From the IMG/VR virus record IMGVR_UViG_3300015371_000013, positions 16,502 to 80,501 of that record: a stretch of 64,000 bases of DNA, one strand, 5' to 3'. A model generated the notes under the pieces. That model saw nothing but the letters and a program-made list of their open reading frames with translations, made no database searches and was not told the DNA's origin. Below are positions 24,862 through 35,413 of this stretch, one piece after another (position 1 is the first letter of the stretch; the number at the start of each line of letters is the position of its first letter). Both the position numbers and the translations under genes were made by a program. This DNA is from a virus.

Positions 24862-27800
24862 CTAGGACACAAGCCCCAGCGCCGACTTGACTTGCGCCAG
24901 TTGATTCTTGGTTTGACGGTAGATCTCCACATCCGACAACTTCTCCGGAGAGTAGTTGTTCTGCGTGTATTCGAAGGTGGGACCCGCTTGGCCACCTTGG
25001 GTGGTTGCAGTCGTTTCCACCCTCGCCTTCTCGGCAGATATAGTGGCTGCTTGCCCAAATGAAGCAGCTGCGGTTATCGGAGTAACGTTGGTGAGACCGT
25101 CTAGATTCTTTGCTTCTCTTTGAACCTTGGAGAGATCGAGCACCGGAGTGATGACCGGATCAACCTCGATGTCATCGGTGATAGCGCTGGATATGGCTGA
25201 CAGGGTGTCTTTGCCGAGCTGTGCGGCCGCAACAGCCGCATCCGAGGAATCCAGCCCTCGAGCCAGACCCTGAGATATGAACTTGCCGATCTCGGCAAAC
25301 ACCTCGGACGGCGACTTGATCTTCAGTTGCCGCTTGATGGAACGCACCATCATGTCGGCAAGATTGTCCATCTCCTTCTGAAGATCGGCTCGCTTCGCCT
25401 TCAGACCGTCGACCAGACCCTGAGCTGCTTGAATACCTGCCGCGTAAAGTTCCTTCACGGCTTGGTTTGAGATATTTGTGGCCTGAGCCAACATCTCAGA
25501 ATTCAGCTTGTTGATCTCGTCGACCCCACTCTTACCCGAGGCGAGAAGTTGCTCGGCAAATTCTTGCCCAGATGTGCCCTTCTCCAAGAGCTTCTTGTAG
25601 GTTGTATCGTCCAACCCAAGATCTCGTAGCCTTTGCAGAGTCTCATTGTACTTTATAGTGGCGTTAATCTGTTCTTGCAGGGCCTTCTTGTACAAGGCAA
25701 CCTGGTCGATCCTCCGCCGAGCCTCTGCCTTCTTTCGAATTTCGTCGAGCTTCTCTTGACGCGCTGTTTCAGTAAGCTCGGCTTCAGCTACTGCGTCGTC
25801 TACAAGACGATCAATATCCGGCGTACCTGAATACTGATCAAACCTGGACTTACCGTAAGACTCGGCTTCCCCCTTCAGCCTGTCTAGCTCCTGCTGAGCT
25901 GCTTCCAGCTTCTTGGTGACCTTCTCGTAGTCCTTAGAGAGTCCTATGAGTTCCTGCTTCTCTTCTTTGAGCCCTCGATTGAGAACTCGACGAGCCTCGG
26001 ACAATTTGTTAAGATTTGCTGTATTCTGACGAATCGAGGCCTGAAGCTCTGCGATCAGTTTCGGATCGCGCTCTTCACCTCGCTTTTTCAGTTCTTCCTC
26101 GAGCTGCTCCTTGTCGGACTTGACTTGGTCTCGAGTCGTCTTGATATCCTGGTTAAGCCGATCTCTCAAACTGGCGAAGGCACTACGAATATCGGACGCA
26201 GATCCGTGAATTCCTTGAGCAAACCCTCTTCCCACTTCTTTGCCGATCTCACGCATGACCTCGGAGGGCGAGTGAACTCCGAGAATATCCTTGATCTGCT
26301 TGATCATTCCCACGGCCGACTGCTCGCCTGACTTTTGAACCATCTTAGCGTTGTCATCGACGCCCTTGGCAAAGCCCTGCATGGTGAACTTGCCGATCTC
26401 CATGAACACCGAGGAGGGTGAATGAATGCCAAGAATCTTCTTGGCCCAGCCCGGAAGCTTTCCGAACACGGCATCGAGAACTCTCTTCAAAAGTCCGCTG
26501 AGCTTTCCGAACTGATCGACAAGCCCGTCAATGATGGCGTCAGCCACTCCGGCCCCTGCCGAGAACAAATCGTCGAAATTATCCCGAATAGATTTCTCAA
26601 GACCGTTGAGGAACCTGATGATGGCCCTGAACCCGACATTGGCCAGCCCTGAGAGACCATCGGCAATGCCGTTCAGGAACTTGCGTGCGACTTCAAGTCC
26701 CTTCTGAACCAGTCTCGGAATTGCATCCCCGATACCATCCATGAACTTGAGAATAAGATTGGTACCAGCGGCGATAATCCTGGGGACCTGAGTCGCAATC
26801 GAATTGATGAACTTGATGACCAGATTGGCCCCGGAGGCAACAATCTTCGGAATATGCGACGCCACCGAATTGATATAGAGGGTGATCATCTTGGCCACAA
26901 GGGCAATGATCCGTGGAATCTGAACCGCGACCCCGGCCAGGAACTTGAACAGCAGATTGCCGCCCGCTTGCGTGATCTTGGGCATCTGCATGGCCAAAGC
27001 GTTGAGGAACTTGGTAACGATCTCCCCTACCTTGGTCACCACTTGACCAATATTCTGAGATATACCGTTGAGCAGGCCCAACAACAATTTCATACCTGCT
27101 GCTTGGATCTTTGGCACATTCTCTATCAGCACCTGGAGAATGGAATTCACCAGGACCCCGATACCGATGGCCAGCTTGGGCGCGTTCTCAGTGACAAATT
27201 TGATAATGAAATCAAGCATCTTCCCCAAGGCTTCAAGCACCTTGGGTGACAGCTTGGTCAACTCTTCGACAATGCTCAGCAAACCCTTGACAAAGGTGAT
27301 GACCAGTGTCGGTATTGCCGCGACGAAGGCAGTCAAAGCCGTGACCATGACGGCTATGCCTTTTCCACCTTCTCCGGCCAACAGAGAAAGCGCCTTGGCG
27401 AATATGAACACCGCCGTGGCGGTTAGGAGAAATACCCCAGCCAACGGCAATAGGGCTACGCCCAGAGACACCAACCCAGGTCCGGCCAGCAGACCCGCTA
27501 CCGCTAGCGTACCCAGAGCCAAAGCCACCGCGGCCAATCCCTTAAATATGGTTCCCCAATCCAAGGTCCCCAAGAAAGCCAGAGTAGGAGCCAGCAGAGC
27601 TAGTGCCACCGAAGCCGCCAGCAAGGCTACTGAACCGGCGAGAGTACCTGTCATGGCCGTGAGACCCACGGCAAGAATAACCAGCGCCCCGGCCATGGCG
27701 ACCAATCCCTTGACCAAGGTGTCTACGCCCAGATTACCGAGAATTCCGATCGCCTTGGCGAGAACCACCATGGCTCCTGAAACGATGAGCACCCCAGCCG

Positions 27801-30777
27801 CGGTTAGGGCAATGTTGGGAGGAACCAGCCACATGGCGACGCCAATACCGGCAATGGCTGCCGTCATAGCGCCCAAGCCTTGGACCAGCTTGAGAATATC
27901 CATCTCCCCGAAGGCTCTGACCGCCGCGGCAATCGCTGACAGGCCAACCCCCAAAATAACCAGACCGGCTGCCGTGATAGGCAAAGTCGGAGGTATGAGG
28001 ACCATGGCATTACCGATCAGAGCGATAGCACTGGCCATGCCGAGAAGACCCTTGACCAAGTCTTCCCAAGACATACTGGCAAATACTTTGACCGCTGCGG
28101 CAATCAGATTGATTCCGATAGCCAGCGGAATAAGCGCCAGGGCCACGGCCATGATCCGAGGTCCACCTACGAGATTCATGGATACGCCAATAGCGGCGAT
28201 GGAACCGGCGACACCTACCATACCCTTGGCAATGTCTTCCCAGCTCATGGTGGCAAATATCTTCATCGCTCCGGCCAAGATGGTGACCGCGATGGCCAGA
28301 CCAATCATGGATCCGGCGATAACCGGAAGCTGGAGAAGACCCAGCTTACCCATTCCGCCCATCATCAACTTCATAGCGCCCATCAATTCGCCCAGACCCA
28401 CGGCTACAGCGGTCATAGCCTTGGCCAACTTATCGCCATCGATGGTCGAGAGAATATAGACACCCGCTGACAAAGCCAGAATGGCGGCAGCGATGGTCAA
28501 GATGGTTTGGGCTTGGACCTTCTTCTGCATAGCTTCGAGATTTCCAGTAAGGCCTTTGAATACCCCACTGATAGAGTCGAGAGTTCCGGTGAGAGAGCCG
28601 ATAACCCCCTTATCCCCCAACGCCTTTCTCAAAGTCAAGAGAAGGCCCGCCAGAAGTCCGGTTTGAAGAGCGTCCAACGCCTTTTCGAAGTCAAGATTCT
28701 GAAATACTTCGGCCAAAATATCGCCGAAGCCTTTGAGCTTGTCAACAAAGCTCGAGAAGAACGGTTCAAGAGCTTGCTTGGTCCTCTCAAATGCCCCCAC
28801 CAATTTGGCCCAAGCATCTTTGACTCTGATAACCAGCCGCTCCATCGGAGTGAGCACCTTGCCGAAGAGAAGCAATTCGTGATTGCGCTCACTCAACTTT
28901 GTCGTGTCTTCGCCACCGCCGAACAAGCCACCAATAGCCTGAGCCAGCTTGCCAATGAGCTCCAGCGGTACCTTGAGAACTGACTTTAACCCCTCGAAAA
29001 ATCCCTTGAGCAAACCGCCCTTGGTAAGAGCAGTATCCACCGACACCAGAAAATCGCCGATACTGGCGATGAAGCCCAGGAATCCCCCGGAGCCCTTTCC
29101 AACTACCCCAAGAAGATCAAATATGACTCCGACAAATTCCTTGACAATGGTCCAACCGATGTGGACAATGGCGAAGAATCCGGCAAACGCGCGCTTAATT
29201 TTGTCCGCTGTGTCTTTGCCAATAATCAGATTTCCCATCAACTCCCGGAAGGTCTTGGTTATCTCAGCCAAGTCCTTACCGGTTTGAGCCGGAAATATCT
29301 CTCGAAAGGCATCCTTGATTGGTTTCAGAACGGCGAGGATCGCCGCGAACATGTTCTTCAAGCCCATGAGGAGATCGGTACGACCTCCCAGTTCTTTCCA
29401 ATCGCCAAGAACCTTGTTTCGGGCATCTGAAACCCTGCTTATGAACCCATTAACGACATTGCTGACCGTCGTGAACAGAGCTTTGGCTTCGTTGAAATCG
29501 CCGAATATGAGTTGAAACGTTTTCGACCAACCAGAGCCAATCGACTCCCGAGCCACATCAAAGACTTGAGGCAAAGTCTTGACTTCGGTAGCCGCCTTCT
29601 GAGCCGTAGTAGCCGTAGCCTGGATGGCCTTGATCTGCTCAGCGGAGAATCCTTGCGCGGCCAGTTGAGCATCGGTCATATCGCCTGTGAACTGACCCAG
29701 CGTCTTGGTAAGCACGTCTGAAGTCAACCAGGATTGCTCACCTGGCTTGGCCATGATCGAGTCTCGGAAAGACTTCCCGTTGACCGTAGCCTTACCCGTG
29801 GCCTTGTCGATCTTGACCGCGCCTTTCTCAAGCGCGCCCATATTCTCGGCCGTACGCATGAGCGACTGCTGGAATTTAGCGCCACCCATACCCGCGTTGA
29901 CCACCGAGTTCCAGTCCTGCAAACCCACTCGTCCCGAGGCAATGGCCTGAGACAGCTGATACATGGCGGTGGACGCCTGTTGCGAGCTAGCGCCCGACAA
30001 CGCAGCCAAGTTGGCGATACCCTTGATCGACTCGACCGATTTGGGAAGATCGACACCGGCAGCTGTGAAGGTGCCGATGTTCTTGGCCATCTGGCCAAAG
30101 TTGTAAATCGTCTTGTCCGAATATTGATTCAGCGCGCCCAGAGCTTTGTTGGTGGCGCCCAGACCCGAAACCTGTTGGCCCTCAGTATTGGCCATAATGG
30201 TCTGGATCGACTGAAGATTAGTCTGGTACTCCTCAAAGCCCTGTTTGGCCGGACCAAAGGCAAACGACTTGGCGAACGAAGCGCCCTTCGAAACCGCCTG
30301 AGAAGCGATGTTACCCAAAGCTACCGAAGCTGCGCCCTGAAGCACGCTGAACTTCTGGGTAACGTTGTCCAAAGCACTGGTCAGACCCTGAAGTGAGATT
30401 CGACTCGACGCCTTCTCAATATCCGTGAAAGTCTGCCCAGCATTGAGCTGACCCATCTTGCCCTGCAGTTTGTCCACCGCTCGGGAGGGCCCTTCCAGAG
30501 TGACCTTGTTACCCGCCCGATCAATCTCGCCCAGACCTTGGGCCGCGCCTTCCCCCGAGTGGCCAAGCTTGGCTCGAAGCTTATCCAGCGCCGACATGGG
30601 ACCTTGCAGGGTGACCTTGTTGGCCGATTTTTCGATGTTCTCCAGCCCACTGGTCCCACCGACGTTCTTGACCGCCGTATCCAGCTTGGTCAGCGTGGTC
30701 ATGGTCTGAGCCACACGCTGCTCGAACACCTGGTTCTCAAACGCGATAGAGACAACGCGCTCATCAATACTTGGCAT
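24862..30777 (-). CDS. tape measure protein
   Basis: About 1970 aa; tape-measure N-terminal domain (YSDKTIYNFGQM), Ala/Gly/Leu repeats, LGIHSPS.VF motifs. Confidence 0.95.
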   Translation of the reverse strand: MPSIDERVVSIAFENQVFEQRVAQTMTTLTKLDTAVKNVGGTSGLENIEKSANKVTLQGPMSALDKLRAKLGHSGEGAAQGLGEIDRAGNKVTLEGPSRAVDKLQGKMGQLNAGQTFTDIEKASSRISLQGLTSALDNVTQKFSVLQGAASVALGNIASQAVSKGASFAKSFAFGPAKQGFEEYQTNLQSIQTIMANTEGQQVSGLGATNKALGALNQYSDKTIYNFGQMAKNIGTFTAAGVDLPKSVESIKGIANLAALSGASSQQASTAMYQLSQAIASGRVGLQDWNSVVNAGMGGAKFQQSLMRTAENMGALEKGAVKIDKATGKATVNGKSFRDSIMAKPGEQSWLTSDVLTKTLGQFTGDMTDAQLAAQGFSAEQIKAIQATATTAQKAATEVKTLPQVFDVARESIGSGWSKTFQLIFGDFNEAKALFTTVSNVVNGFISRVSDARNKVLGDWKELGGRTDLLMGLKNMFAAILAVLKPIKDAFREIFPAQTGKDLAEITKTFRELMGNLIIGKDTADKIKRAFAGFFAIVHIGWTIVKEFVGVIFDLLGVVGKGSGGFLGFIASIGDFLVSVDTALTKGGLLKGFFEGLKSVLKVPLELIGKLAQAIGGLFGGGEDTTKLSERNHELLLFGKVLTPMERLVIRVKDAWAKLVGAFERTKQALEPFFSSFVDKLKGFGDILAEVFQNLDFEKALDALQTGLLAGLLLTLRKALGDKGVIGSLTGTLDSISGVFKGLTGNLEAMQKKVQAQTILTIAAAILALSAGVYILSTIDGDKLAKAMTAVAVGLGELMGAMKLMMGGMGKLGLLQLPVIAGSMIGLAIAVTILAGAMKIFATMSWEDIAKGMVGVAGSIAAIGVSMNLVGGPRIMAVALALIPLAIGINLIAAAVKVFASMSWEDLVKGLLGMASAIALIGNAMVLIPPTLPITAAGLVILGVGLSAIAAAVRAFGEMDILKLVQGLGAMTAAIAGIGVAMWLVPPNIALTAAGVLIVSGAMVVLAKAIGILGNLGVDTLVKGLVAMAGALVILAVGLTAMTGTLAGSVALLAASVALALLAPTLAFLGTLDWGTIFKGLAAVALALGTLAVAGLLAGPGLVSLGVALLPLAGVFLLTATAVFIFAKALSLLAGEGGKGIAVMVTALTAFVAAIPTLVITFVKGLLSIVEELTKLSPKVLEALGKMLDFIIKFVTENAPKLAIGIGVLVNSILQVLIENVPKIQAAGMKLLLGLLNGISQNIGQVVTKVGEIVTKFLNALAMQMPKITQAGGNLLFKFLAGVAVQIPRIIALVAKMITLYINSVASHIPKIVASGANLVIKFINSIATQVPRIIAAGTNLILKFMDGIGDAIPRLVQKGLEVARKFLNGIADGLSGLANVGFRAIIRFLNGLEKSIRDNFDDLFSAGAGVADAIIDGLVDQFGKLSGLLKRVLDAVFGKLPGWAKKILGIHSPSSVFMEIGKFTMQGFAKGVDDNAKMVQKSGEQSAVGMIKQIKDILGVHSPSEVMREIGKEVGRGFAQGIHGSASDIRSAFASLRDRLNQDIKTTRDQVKSDKEQLEEELKKRGEERDPKLIAELQASIRQNTANLNKLSEARRVLNRGLKEEKQELIGLSKDYEKVTKKLEAAQQELDRLKGEAESYGKSRFDQYSGTPDIDRLVDDAVAEAELTETARQEKLDEIRKKAEARRRIDQVALYKKALQEQINATIKYNETLQRLRDLGLDDTTYKKLLEKGTSGQEFAEQLLASGKSGVDEINKLNSEMLAQATNISNQAVKELYAAGIQAAQGLVDGLKAKRADLQKEMDNLADMMVRSIKRQLKIKSPSEVFAEIGKFISQGLARGLDSSDAAVAAAQLGKDTLSAISSAITDDIEVDPVITPVLDLSKVQREAKNLDGLTNVTPITAAASFGQAATISAEKARVETTATTQGGQAGPTFEYTQNNYSPEKLSDVEIYRQTKNQLAQVKSALGLVS

Positions 30778-31157
30778 TACTTGGTCACCTCCCTCCACAT
30801 GTCGGCTATGATCTGGTCAAATATAGGCCGCATGGCCGGATTGATGTAATCTATGCCTGTGACGTATCCACCGGTACGGGTAGCATGGCCATACTGGATG
30901 ATCGCAGCAATAGAAATCCTTCCCGGGTCTTCCACGTGGGAGTTGTACCAGTGGATGGCGAAATATCCCTGACGATTGACGGTTTCGTAATACCATGCCG
31001 CTGCGGTTCCCCCACTTTCTACGGGGGTAGCCGCACTCAAAGCCGCTACGCCTATGGGTCCATACTTCTCCAAGACTTTGAACTGTTCCCGATTGACCAT
31101 ACGCTGCAAAAATGCTTGCGACTTGGCAAAGGAGCCGCGGCTCGTCACCTTGATCAC
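30777..31157 (-). CDS. HK97 gp10-like tail-completion protein
   Basis: ATPVESGGTAAAW, IIQYGH.T, DYINPAM motifs. Confidence 0.8.
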   Translation of the reverse strand: MIKVTSRGSFAKSQAFLQRMVNREQFKVLEKYGPIGVAALSAATPVESGGTAAAWYYETVNRQGYFAIHWYNSHVEDPGRISIAAIIQYGHATRTGGYVTGIDYINPAMRPIFDQIIADMWREVTK

Positions 31158-31170
31158 GGCTCCTCCTCTC

Positions 31171-32553
31171 TCAGATAGGCTTGGTAAGACGCATCACCAC
31201 ATGGCCGTTTGGATTATAACCTGCGGCCCTAGACCCATAGGGGTACTTTCTAAGCGCTCTTACTCCGCCGCCGCCTCCGGCTACATACTTCGACGTAGTT
31301 ACGCTTGTAGATTCGCTTTGAAGTTCGCCTGTATTAATATTGTAGGTACGCTTTATACGAACCCAGTAGGACCAAATCTCTCCTCTTCCGTATACTGAAG
31401 TGTCAGCATAAGACATGGTTCCTCGTCCACCGCTGGTGGCATCTCGCGTCGGATCTACTCCCGTGGCAACAGCTCCGCCTCGGCCACCTCCGCCGCCTTT
31501 ACCGATCCCATTGATCCAGGTGCCCTCTTTACCAGGATTGTAGTCGGTACTTCCTGCCGCTCCTCCTCCGGCTGGAAGTCGACCCCCAACGCCCCCATCT
31601 CCTCCAGAGCCATCGATCTTCTTTACTCCTCCCTCCCAAATAAAGGCAGGTTTTCCACCCCTACCTCCTGAAGCTAGACAAATATTCCCAGCAAACGACG
31701 TAGAACCTCCGTCTTCTCCTGGCTGCGGCGGCATAAATTGAGGTAGCGGTTCCACGAAGCTATATTGCCATTTGGATACGATATGAGACACCTCTACCAA
31801 TCTTCTTGCGTAGCCGCTTCCGTAAAGCGTGTCCAAATCTCCAACTTTATCTTCCTTCGGCGGCATCCATAAACCGTTAGCCCGTTGCTGTCCAGGCGCC
31901 GCATCCTTCCCGGCCTTTCCTATAACGATGGGAGAAAAATCCGGAAGAATAGAAAGCTCTCCACTCACCACATGGGTTCCGCCGCCTCCGCCTCCGCCTC
32001 CGAGACCAAACCGCAAAGGTATGTAAGGAGATGCGGTATCAAGTTCTTCTTCAAGAATCGGATCTACTTTGTAGGTTATCGATTGGATGGGATTGCGATT
32101 TGGATACAAACGGTCTGCCCAATGCACCCAATAATCAGTAGCCCCATAGGGAAACAGATCAGGCCTTCCCGGATACCAACCTGGAGTATCGATCATACGT
32201 CCGTTTTCATGCCACCAGATTCCGTTGTAGCTCTCAAACTGGGACCCAGACTCCCATATAAGAACATCTTGTTCTTTGTAGGCATCCCAAACATTGACAG
32301 GCATAGTAGGATTGGTCTGAGAATCCATCTCGATCCATTGTGGTCGTCCGGGGGACCCTCCACGACCCCCAGCCGCTCCCACACACCAGACTTCGAAATG
32401 AGTAAACCCCAGATTGGTCCACCATTCCTTGTCAAATATGTCTCCATCCTCGAACTCGATAACCGTGGAAGGCAATTCTCCTAACAGGCTGGGATCGGGA
32501 AGCGCCAGAATAGGAATCGGATCGCCTTTTCCTCCTAACTCAATCCGGGTCAT
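31171..32553 (-). CDS. glycine-rich minor virion protein
   Basis: 460 aa; VWCVGAAGG, GGGGGGGG and ASGGRGG motifs. Confidence 0.75.
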   Translation of the reverse strand: MTRIELGGKGDPIPILALPDPSLLGELPSTVIEFEDGDIFDKEWWTNLGFTHFEVWCVGAAGGRGGSPGRPQWIEMDSQTNPTMPVNVWDAYKEQDVLIWESGSQFESYNGIWWHENGRMIDTPGWYPGRPDLFPYGATDYWVHWADRLYPNRNPIQSITYKVDPILEEELDTASPYIPLRFGLGGGGGGGGTHVVSGELSILPDFSPIVIGKAGKDAAPGQQRANGLWMPPKEDKVGDLDTLYGSGYARRLVEVSHIVSKWQYSFVEPLPQFMPPQPGEDGGSTSFAGNICLASGGRGGKPAFIWEGGVKKIDGSGGDGGVGGRLPAGGGAAGSTDYNPGKEGTWINGIGKGGGGGRGGAVATGVDPTRDATSGGRGTMSYADTSVYGRGEIWSYWVRIKRTYNINTGELQSESTSVTTSKYVAGGGGGVRALRKYPYGSRAAGYNPNGHVVMRLTKPI

Positions 32554-33188
32554 ACGTCCACCATGTTCAAGAGATCAACCAGAGAGGGAAGAGAGGGGTT
32601 CGTCGTAGAAGAACCATAGAGAAGCTTTTCAAGCGTATTAAGCATAGTGGAATCAATTCGGCGTGAATCCAGAGAAATATGGCTGGTAGGACGAATGCCG
32701 AACATTTGCGCAGGAGTTCCGGAGATCGTCCACTCAAAGGTCTGAGGATCTATCGATTCGGCATTGGTGCTGTAAGTGACGTCGCCTGGAATAGCCAACA
32801 AGTTGTAGAGAATATGAACCTTGTAGGCGTGATCCAGACCTTCCAAATCGTTACCAACCAAAGTCCGGTAAGAAAGATTGAACAGCTTTGGAGAGCGTTG
32901 ATCGTGAACGAAGACCCCCGGAACAAATTCCTGAGTCCCGCCCAGCTCATCCATCTCGTCCGGGTAGGTGAAGGCCGAGAGTTTTGCCGAATACGATCCC
33001 GGAACATGATGATCGAGAAACTTGACACCATCGATAAAATATGACTTGACCTCACGGCTGACTGTCTCGTTGACCGAGATCAATCCGTTCCAAGGTACGG
33101 CAATCCCATTGGGCGGATACAGGACGCCGCGATCGACGCCTGTCTCGTAGCGACGTTCACCCGCTTGGTCCCAGACCAGTGCAGTCAT
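32550..33188 (-). CDS. second major-tail-like protein
   Basis: Paralogue of 33892-34773 (WDQ.GER.YETGVDRGVLY). Confidence 0.85.
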   Translation of the reverse strand: MTALVWDQAGERRYETGVDRGVLYPPNGIAVPWNGLISVNETVSREVKSYFIDGVKFLDHHVPGSYSAKLSAFTYPDEMDELGGTQEFVPGVFVHDQRSPKLFNLSYRTLVGNDLEGLDHAYKVHILYNLLAIPGDVTYSTNAESIDPQTFEWTISGTPAQMFGIRPTSHISLDSRRIDSTMLNTLEKLLYGSSTTNPSLPSLVDLLNMVDV

Positions 33189-33200
33189 ACGGCCTCCTTT

Positions 33201-33743
33201 CTATCCTCTTGTCCCCAACTGCGCTTTACGCTGGGCGTTGAGTTCTCGGTTACGAGCTGCAACCTCAGCCCGACTCATCTTCTTGGGCTTAGCCTGTTTG
33301 ACATTGCAGATTCGGATGAGGGTGAATAAACGATTGAGATGCCAGGTTTCACATTCGAAGGGAATCTGAAACACGGTCATCCAGTAGTAAACCAACTCTG
33401 AGGTAATGACCTCACGTGATCGAGGCGCTCCCGGTTGATCTGAAAACCAAGTAGCCGTCATCTTACGCTCAATGTAGGCGTTAATAGTTTCCAGATTCTC
33501 TTTAGAAAGCCTCTGGAGAAAATCCCCCGGAGGATCTTGACCTAACACCATACAGCGAATGTAGGCCAGCGTCTCTTCCAGAGTTTTAGTGTCTTTGCCC
33601 AAAAACGGCTTTTCGAATTCCGACTCCCATTTTGAAAGAGAGACCAGAGAATGCTCCAGATCCAAGGTGATGTCGCCAATAGAAACGAATTGTTCTAGCT
33701 TTTCGTCGTAGGATTCAACCCCTGAAACTGTGATAGTGAGCAT
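33201..33743 (-). CDS. tail assembly chaperone (putative)
   Basis: LEHSLVSLSKWES, ITSELVYYWM, WHLNRL motifs; follows the major tail gene. Confidence 0.7.
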   Translation of the reverse strand: MLTITVSGVESYDEKLEQFVSIGDITLDLEHSLVSLSKWESEFEKPFLGKDTKTLEETLAYIRCMVLGQDPPGDFLQRLSKENLETINAYIERKMTATWFSDQPGAPRSREVITSELVYYWMTVFQIPFECETWHLNRLFTLIRICNVKQAKPKKMSRAEVAARNRELNAQRKAQLGTRG

Positions 33744-33771
33744 TCTCCGGTCCTCTCTTTAACTTTTTGGC

Positions 33772-33889
33772 GCGCGCGGTGGCCCGGTTACGAAATCTCC
33801 CACCGAATTACGAGCGATCCCGGAGAGTAAGAGGATCATAGTGCTCAACGGCGCCCCGCGACCCTTACCTGGGAGTCACGACCGCGCAC
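33772..33889 (-). ncRNA. structured intergenic RNA after the major tail gene
   Basis: Closing stem GUGCGCGGU/ACCGCGCGC; inner stems CGUGAC/GUCGCG and GAUCC/GGAUC; loop complementarity GUAAG/CUUAC. Confidence 0.45.
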
Positions 33890-33891
33890 TC

Positions 33892-34773
33892 CTAGTAGTC
33901 GAACGTCCAGGTGTCGTCGCCTTCGAGGTTGTAACCTGACTGGGCCACGGCCTGAACCTCGGCAGTCTGCCCAGCAGTAAGGGGAGGCTGGGCACCCGAA
34001 GGCTTGTTGACCCCATTGACCTTCCACTGGACCCCGGTGACGGCCGGGAGGGTCACGACATGGGTACCGGCGCTGTAGGTCGGCTGATTGGCTGCGGTAC
34101 CCAGATCGACGTCGACCACCCCGGCCCCGAAGATGGAAACGACCTCGTCAGGGCCGGGCAGCCGGGCATCGTCACCCACCGTTCCGAACAAAATGTCCTC
34201 GAGCGTCTGGAGATCAGTGGCATCCGACTTGGTGGAATCGACGGTGATGACTGACGTCGGCCTTCCGGTTCCGTAGGTGACAGGGGTAGTCGTAAACTCC
34301 CACGAAAATGCGATGGCCTCGGGCGAATCGTTGACTGTGGCGTAGGCCTTCTCTGACGGCGAGGCCTGCGCTCCGTAGATGAGATGCAGCTTGTAGCCGT
34401 ACTCTTGGCCTTCGGAATCGTTGCCCACGAGGGTGCGATAGACCAAACCGAAGGGACGACGTCCCTGCTGACCGAAAGACACACCCGGAGCAGGCGCATT
34501 CGTACCGTCGTTTTGTCCGAACTCGTCCGGATAGGTAAAGGCCTCGATCGTACCGCCGAACTCCTCGGCCGAGATGAGGTTCACGTAGATGATGTTGTCT
34601 GCGTACTGCTTGTTCGATTCGGCGCCCGACGGCGACTCGGTGACGGTTGTGAGACCGTTCCACGGGACGCCATCGACGTACTCACCGTTCGCGTCGAGTT
34701 GGTAAAGGACTCCGCGATCGACGCCCGTCTCGTAGAAACGCTCGCCGACCTGGTCCCACTGCAGGACTGTCAT
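33892..34773 (-). CDS. major tail protein
   Basis: PSGAESNKQYADNI.Y, EAFTYPDEF, YATVNDSPEA motifs; C-terminal Ig-like extension similar to the capsid C-terminus. Confidence 0.92.
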   Translation of the reverse strand: MTVLQWDQVGERFYETGVDRGVLYQLDANGEYVDGVPWNGLTTVTESPSGAESNKQYADNIIYVNLISAEEFGGTIEAFTYPDEFGQNDGTNAPAPGVSFGQQGRRPFGLVYRTLVGNDSEGQEYGYKLHLIYGAQASPSEKAYATVNDSPEAIAFSWEFTTTPVTYGTGRPTSVITVDSTKSDATDLQTLEDILFGTVGDDARLPGPDEVVSIFGAGVVDVDLGTAANQPTYSAGTHVVTLPAVTGVQWKVNGVNKPSGAQPPLTAGQTAEVQAVAQSGYNLEGDDTWTFDY

Positions 34774-34791
34774 TACTGAAGGGCTCCTTTT

Positions 34792-35091
34792 CTAAAAGAA
34801 GATGTTGAAGACGTAGTGGTTGAGATCGTCGGCTGCGAAAGCTCGTTCGAAACTTGAATATTGCAGCGCCTCGATCTGATCTGCGAGCTCGGTGTCGGGG
34901 TCTCGATCAACCACCGTAACCTGATACCGCTTGGCGTGTCGATACAGTCTGTTGTTCGCATGATCCGTCGAAGTTCCATCCCGTACATAGATGATGCACG
35001 GATACTCCATATGGATACTCGCCGGAGGCTGAAAATATACGTTCTCGGTCACCTCTTGAAGAAGTGACTGAAGCTCAAGCCGTGGGGCCAT
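34792..35091 (-). CDS. tail terminator
   Basis: NVYFQPP...YPCIIY, YQVTVVDRDPD motifs. Confidence 0.8.
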   Translation of the reverse strand: MAPRLELQSLLQEVTENVYFQPPASIHMEYPCIIYVRDGTSTDHANNRLYRHAKRYQVTVVDRDPDTELADQIEALQYSSFERAFAADDLNHYVFNIFF

Positions 35092-35398
35092 TGTACACCT
35101 CCCCCAACTGGAGGATAAGACGGGGGAGTTGGACTTCGACATCATTTACAGTCCAAAGCTCCCCCGCCCATTCCACGTATCGAATGGCGAAGAAATTGCC
35201 ACGCGCATAAGCGTTGGCCACGATACTGATCGAAATGCCGACAGAGACATCTTTGTTCAGATTCTCTTCTTGTCGGAGAATCCTCCTATTTTGAACAATG
35301 TCGCCATAGTAGGTATACTCCACAATGTTATCGGCAAACACACCCGGCGATCCTTCAACAGATTCACCGAACCCGATCCGACCGTGAAACTTCGCCAT
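35075..35398 (-). CDS. head-to-tail stopper
   Basis: MAKFHGRIGF, IRYVEW.G..W.V..VEVQ.PRLIL.LG motifs. Confidence 0.8.
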   Translation of the reverse strand: MAKFHGRIGFGESVEGSPGVFADNIVEYTYYGDIVQNRRILRQEENLNKDVSVGISISIVANAYARGNFFAIRYVEWAGELWTVNDVEVQLPRLILQLGEVYNGPTA

Positions 35399-35413
35399 GG
35401 TCAGATCAGCGAA

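Noticed and set aside
33201-33743. Programmed frameshift in the tail assembly chaperone
   Set aside because: No convincing slippery heptamer near the 3' end, and the next gene has its own RBS.
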